A program made the position numbers and the translations under genes. This document shows, one piece after another, positions 60,151 through 64,000 of a stretch of 64,000 nt of DNA. The notes beneath the pieces were generated by a model, which ran no database searches, was not told where the DNA came from, and saw only the letters and a program-made list of their open reading frames with translations. The DNA is taken from the NCBI RefSeq assembly GCF_009914755.1, contig NC_060927.1, one strand, 5' to 3'. The stretch comes from the human T2T-CHM13v2.0 reference genome, Homo sapiens. Positions within the stretch are counted from its first letter, which is position 1. The number at the start of each line of letters is the position of its first letter.

Positions 60151-61519
60151 GTAAGCATGAAAATGGATATTACAAGTTTAGACATACATTATTTTTGAGA
60201 AATTTCAAGAGAAATTTTAAAAATATAAGAGATTTCAAATATCTGTAGTAATCAAGGCATAAATGTCTTAAAATGCACAATCTTTGGAGTTCAATATATT
60301 TGACTACTTAATTAATAAATATATTCTTATTATAACTTTCTTTTTAAATGCTGCTTGCTAATAACTGAAACATGGACAAATGCAAAATAATCCTGTGACT
60401 TCACAGCGCTGAATTAGATCTCAACTGTAAATGGCTCTCTCTCCTTACAGCAAGCTATTTCAATCATTGCAAACTTTTAGAACAAATTGAATAGTGACTT
60501 CAATTTTAATTTAATTTGTATTAATATAGCTCTTTTTTGTTTCATAGAAAGTGTATCATTCAGAATTCAATAAGAAAAGTAAATACACTAAGGAAAAACA
60601 AACTATACGTGTGTGTGGGGGTGTGGGTGTTGGTGTGGGTATATATATATGTAAAATACACTGATATGTTATATATAATGTATATTATATACTGGAATAT
60701 ATAATTGTATATTATTAAAACTATACATTTTTTGCATATTTTATACCATAGTTAAAAAACTTCTATAAGACAAATCCCTTTAGTAAATCCATATATGTGG
60801 TTAAGCAATCTCTGCAAGGCTGCTGTCTTCACACCTGATGCTAGTCCATAGAGCCCATAGCCAGAAAGTGAGATGGATATAAAACAAGGGAATTCACAAG
60901 GTTAAAAACCACATACATGAGGTGGAATTCCATCAGTAAGATTTGAAACCAGCAGTTTCTTCTAAGAGCATGGTCTGAGTATCCTGCAGAAATTGAGGAC
61001 CATCCTCATGGAGCTAAACACAATACACCATGACTTGTCAGAGAAGCTGAGAGATTCAGGAGATAACAAAGCAGTTGCAAGTCCAGCAGTTGATTCAGGC
61101 CACCAAGGAGAGTCTACAAATCAGCAACAATTGGTATGAGCTACAGAATGTCTGCTGTTTCCTTTCTGTCCTCTAAATTTCCCAAGAATATCCCTTGTAA
61201 GTCACCTAAATGGAAATATACAAAAGGGAATTCTAGGAAACATAATTCAGCTCAGCCAGTTTGACACATGAAAAAGCCACCACAAAGTATATATGGTTTT
61301 AGATAAGAGCATGGCATCTGAAGAGAGACTACCCAAGTTCAAATCCCTTCACCACCAGTTACGAATTGTGTGAACCAGGAAGTATAATTGTTACTTACTA
61401 TAATTCGAAACTTTTAAAATAATAAAGTCTGAATGATATGGTTTTTATTAACATGAAACTTTCTCTTTAGTTTTGTCAGCCCAATTTTCTTGCCTTGTGG
61501 AAGACATGATATTCCAAAC

Positions 61520-61710
61520 CATGGGTTGGAAAACAATGACTCATGGACCATATATGCCATGTGGCCTGTTGTTTTTTGCTCACAAGCTAAAATGGTTTTT
61601 ATATTTTTAAAGGTTGTGAAAAAATGAATATATTACAGAGGCTATATGTGGCCTGCAAAGCCTAACATATTTACTATGTGCCTTTTTAGATAAAGTTTGC
61701 CAATCCCTAT
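61520..61710. mobile_element. MER58-like hAT MITE
   Basis: ATATGTGGCCTGCAAAGCCTAACATATTTACTAT...AAAGTTTGCCAATCCC. Confidence 0.75.
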
Positions 61711-61720
61711 TGTAAAAAAC

Positions 61721-61910
61721 CAGTGCTAAGTAATAGAACGTGAACCACAAATATGAGTCACATATGCATTTCTAAATTTTCTAGTAGTCACATTTTAAAT
61801 AGTATAAATGAGACAGGTGAAATTGATTTTTATTTCTATTTTTTATTAACCCAGTATCTCAAAAATATCTCAATATGCAATCAATGAAACATTATTAATA
61901 AGATATTTTA
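61721..61910. mobile_element. MER33-like hAT fragment interrupted by L1
   Basis: TAAATTTTCTAGTAGTCACATTTT...AGGTGAAATTGATTTT...TATTAATAAGATATTTTA. Confidence 0.7.
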
Positions 61911-63890
61911 GGACATTGGCAAAATGGCAGAATGTTAAATCCCCTAGCATCTCTTTTCAAACAAAAATACAACTAAAAACTATTCCAAGGCAAGAATACC
62001 ATTCTGAGTTCACCAGAACTCAGTTGAGAGAAGTGGAAAACCACCCCCAGGCCAACAGAATGGAGAGAACCCACAACTGGTAAGAGAAACAGTCACTTTG
62101 GAGCATCAGCCATGCCCACATAACACCACTCACAGAGAATTTCCCTAGAACCATAGTTTCCAAGGGAAGAGGAGGAAAATGGAGGTGGATATTTGATCTC
62201 CCCAGCAGTTTGGGAATTTTTATAGAAAGCCAACTCCAGTTGCATACATGGGAAACACTGGGAGTGCCATGAGGGATAACCCACATGGAGTAAACTGGGG
62301 ACAGAGAGGACACTGATAGTAGTGAAGAGCATGCCGATCTTGGCAGCTACTCTGTGCTCTTATCAGCAGGGCATCATGTGGAAGAGACTGGCTAGTGCTA
62401 TGCCACTGTACGAGGCACAGTCCACAAGAAGGCCCAAATCCCTGGCCAGACGTTCAACAAAGCCCAGATGCTCCTAGGGAGCCGTTTTCTGGCTTGGAAC
62501 TACTAAAAGATCAGGATTAAGTTCCAATTCCTGCTTAAGGTTTCCCCAGACTAGTAAACAATGAAACGGCATCAGTACAATTCTGGGGAGACATTTATAT
62601 TCCAATGCTCACCACAAGTCTCCTCCAGACTGGGAAAAGATACCAGGGCAGCGATTTAGTTCCAGAGCAGAGTTTAAGGTTTGGTGTTCATTGTGAGTTT
62701 TTTTCCAGACCAGAAAACAATGACAAGGCAGTAAGTTAGTTCCAAGGCAGTGTTTTAGTTCTGCTACTCACTATGCGTATTCTTCAGAATGGAAAGAAAC
62801 AACGGGCCAATGTTTAAGTTCCAATAGTAAGGAGTAAAGTTCTAACACCAGCAAAGAACACTGCATAAAATGAAAGAGGTGGTTGCCTCCTCTAACGCAC
62901 AGGCATCGATGTAAAGATGCAAGGATCATGAAAGCTCGTGGAAACATGGTATCATCAAAAGAAACCAACAAAACTCCAGCAGTTGGCCCCGAAGAACTGA
63001 AGATCTATGAAATGTTAGACATAGAATTCAGAATAAGGATCTTAAATAAGTTCAGAAAAAAATAAGAAAATGCAAACAGAAAATTAATAAAATTTAGAAA
63101 ATAATCTGGGAACAAAATGAGAAATTTGACCAAAAAATAGAAATCCCAGACATAAAAAATACAATAACTAATGAAAACATTTATTCCAATGCTCTAACAC
63201 CACACTTGGTCAAACAGATAAAAGAATTAGCAAGTTTGAAGATAGAATATGTGAAATTATATAGTCAAAAGAGGGAAAAAAAGAATTAAAAAGAGGGGAA
63301 GAAGGCCTATGAGAATTGGCCTTGATGTGACATGATCAAACAAACTAACCAACAGATAATAGAAATTTCTGAAAGAGATGAAAAGTCCTAGAAAACATAT
63401 TTAAGGAAATAATGGCTGAAGAATTTCCAAATCTGGAGAAAAATGACACCATCCAGGTACATAAAGCTCAGAGGACACCAATCAAATTCAACCTGAACAG
63501 GAAATTCTTATGGCACATCATAATCAAATTAGCAAAAATCAAGGACAAAAAGAATAAATACTCAAAACAGCAAGAAAAGATAAATATATTACATTCAATA
63601 GAGCCCCAGTACAGCTTTCTGCAGATTTCTCAGCAGAAACTCCGCAGGCCAGGAGAGAGTGGGATGCTGTATTTAAAGTGCTGAAGGAAAAACTACCAGC
63701 CAAAAACAGTGTACTAAAAAAGCTATCCTTCAAACATGAAGGAAAGATAGTCATTCTCAGACAAACAAACGCTGAAAGAATTCACCAACACCAGATCTAT
63801 CTTACCAGAAATGCTAAACTAGGTTTTCAAACTGAAGGAAATGGAGGTTACTGTGTAACAAGAAAACATCTGACCATATTAAATTAACTG
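61911..63890 (+). mobile_element. 5' end of an old L1M (L1MA-era): 5'UTR with monomer repeats and degenerate ORF1
   Basis: GGCAAAATGGCAG YY1-like start; ORF1p fragments ELKIYEMLDIEFRIRIL and MAEEFPNLEK..IQVHKAQRTP...HIIIKLAKIKDK. Confidence 0.8.
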
Positions 63891-63905
63891 GGGGAAAAAA
63901 ATACA

Positions 63906-64000
63906 GGCAGGCACGGCAGCTCATGCTTATAATTCCAGCACTTTGGGAGGCTGAGATCAAAGGATTGCTTGAGCTTAGGAGTTCAAGACCAGCCAGAGCA
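63906..64000 (+). mobile_element. AluJ/FLAM left part, truncated by window end
   Basis: GCTCATGCTTATAATTCCAGCACTTTGGGAGGCTGAG...GGATTGCTTGAG...GGAGTTCAAGACCAGCC. Confidence 0.85.

Noticed and set aside
60810-61284. Probable ERVL-class LTR fragment
   Set aside because: The end motif looks LTR-like, but I cannot assign family or left boundary with confidence.

Overview
Primate (very likely human or other ape) repeat-rich, AT-rich non-coding DNA. I find no credible protein-coding gene. The longer ORFs in the track are mostly LINE-1, Tigger1, ERVL, Alu or LTR12C derived, and the rest look like chance ORFs. The window is a layered record of insertions: about 14 Alus or Alu fragments, several L1s, many solo LTRs (THE1, MST, MLT1, MLT2, LTR9, LTR18B, LTR12C), a deleted ERV1-class provirus, an ERVL gag-pro remnant, and DNA transposons (Tigger1, MER44, MER20, MER5, MER45, MER58, Zaphod-like). 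The most notable structures read directly from the sequence are: (1) a ~200 bp mosaic at 48.15-48.35 kb built from a fold-back hairpin, a direct copy of sequence 2.4 kb downstream in its pre-Alu state, a perfect 59 bp inverted copy of sequence 2 kb upstream and a microduplication, i.e. a multi-jump templated insertion; (2) a TSD-flanked, tailless 5' half of tRNA-Arg(CCT); (3) an ERV1-type internal region with strand-asymmetric C depletion suggestive of APOBEC3 hypermutation, later split by an LTR12C with a mutated promoter GATA site; (4) an ancient twin-primed (5'-inverted) L1MA with recognisable TSDs; (5) a palindromic cluster of five GATA sites in apparently unique DNA. I do not see evidence for a new multi-gene biological system. 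Repeat subfamily names come from my recall of consensus sequences, not from a search.
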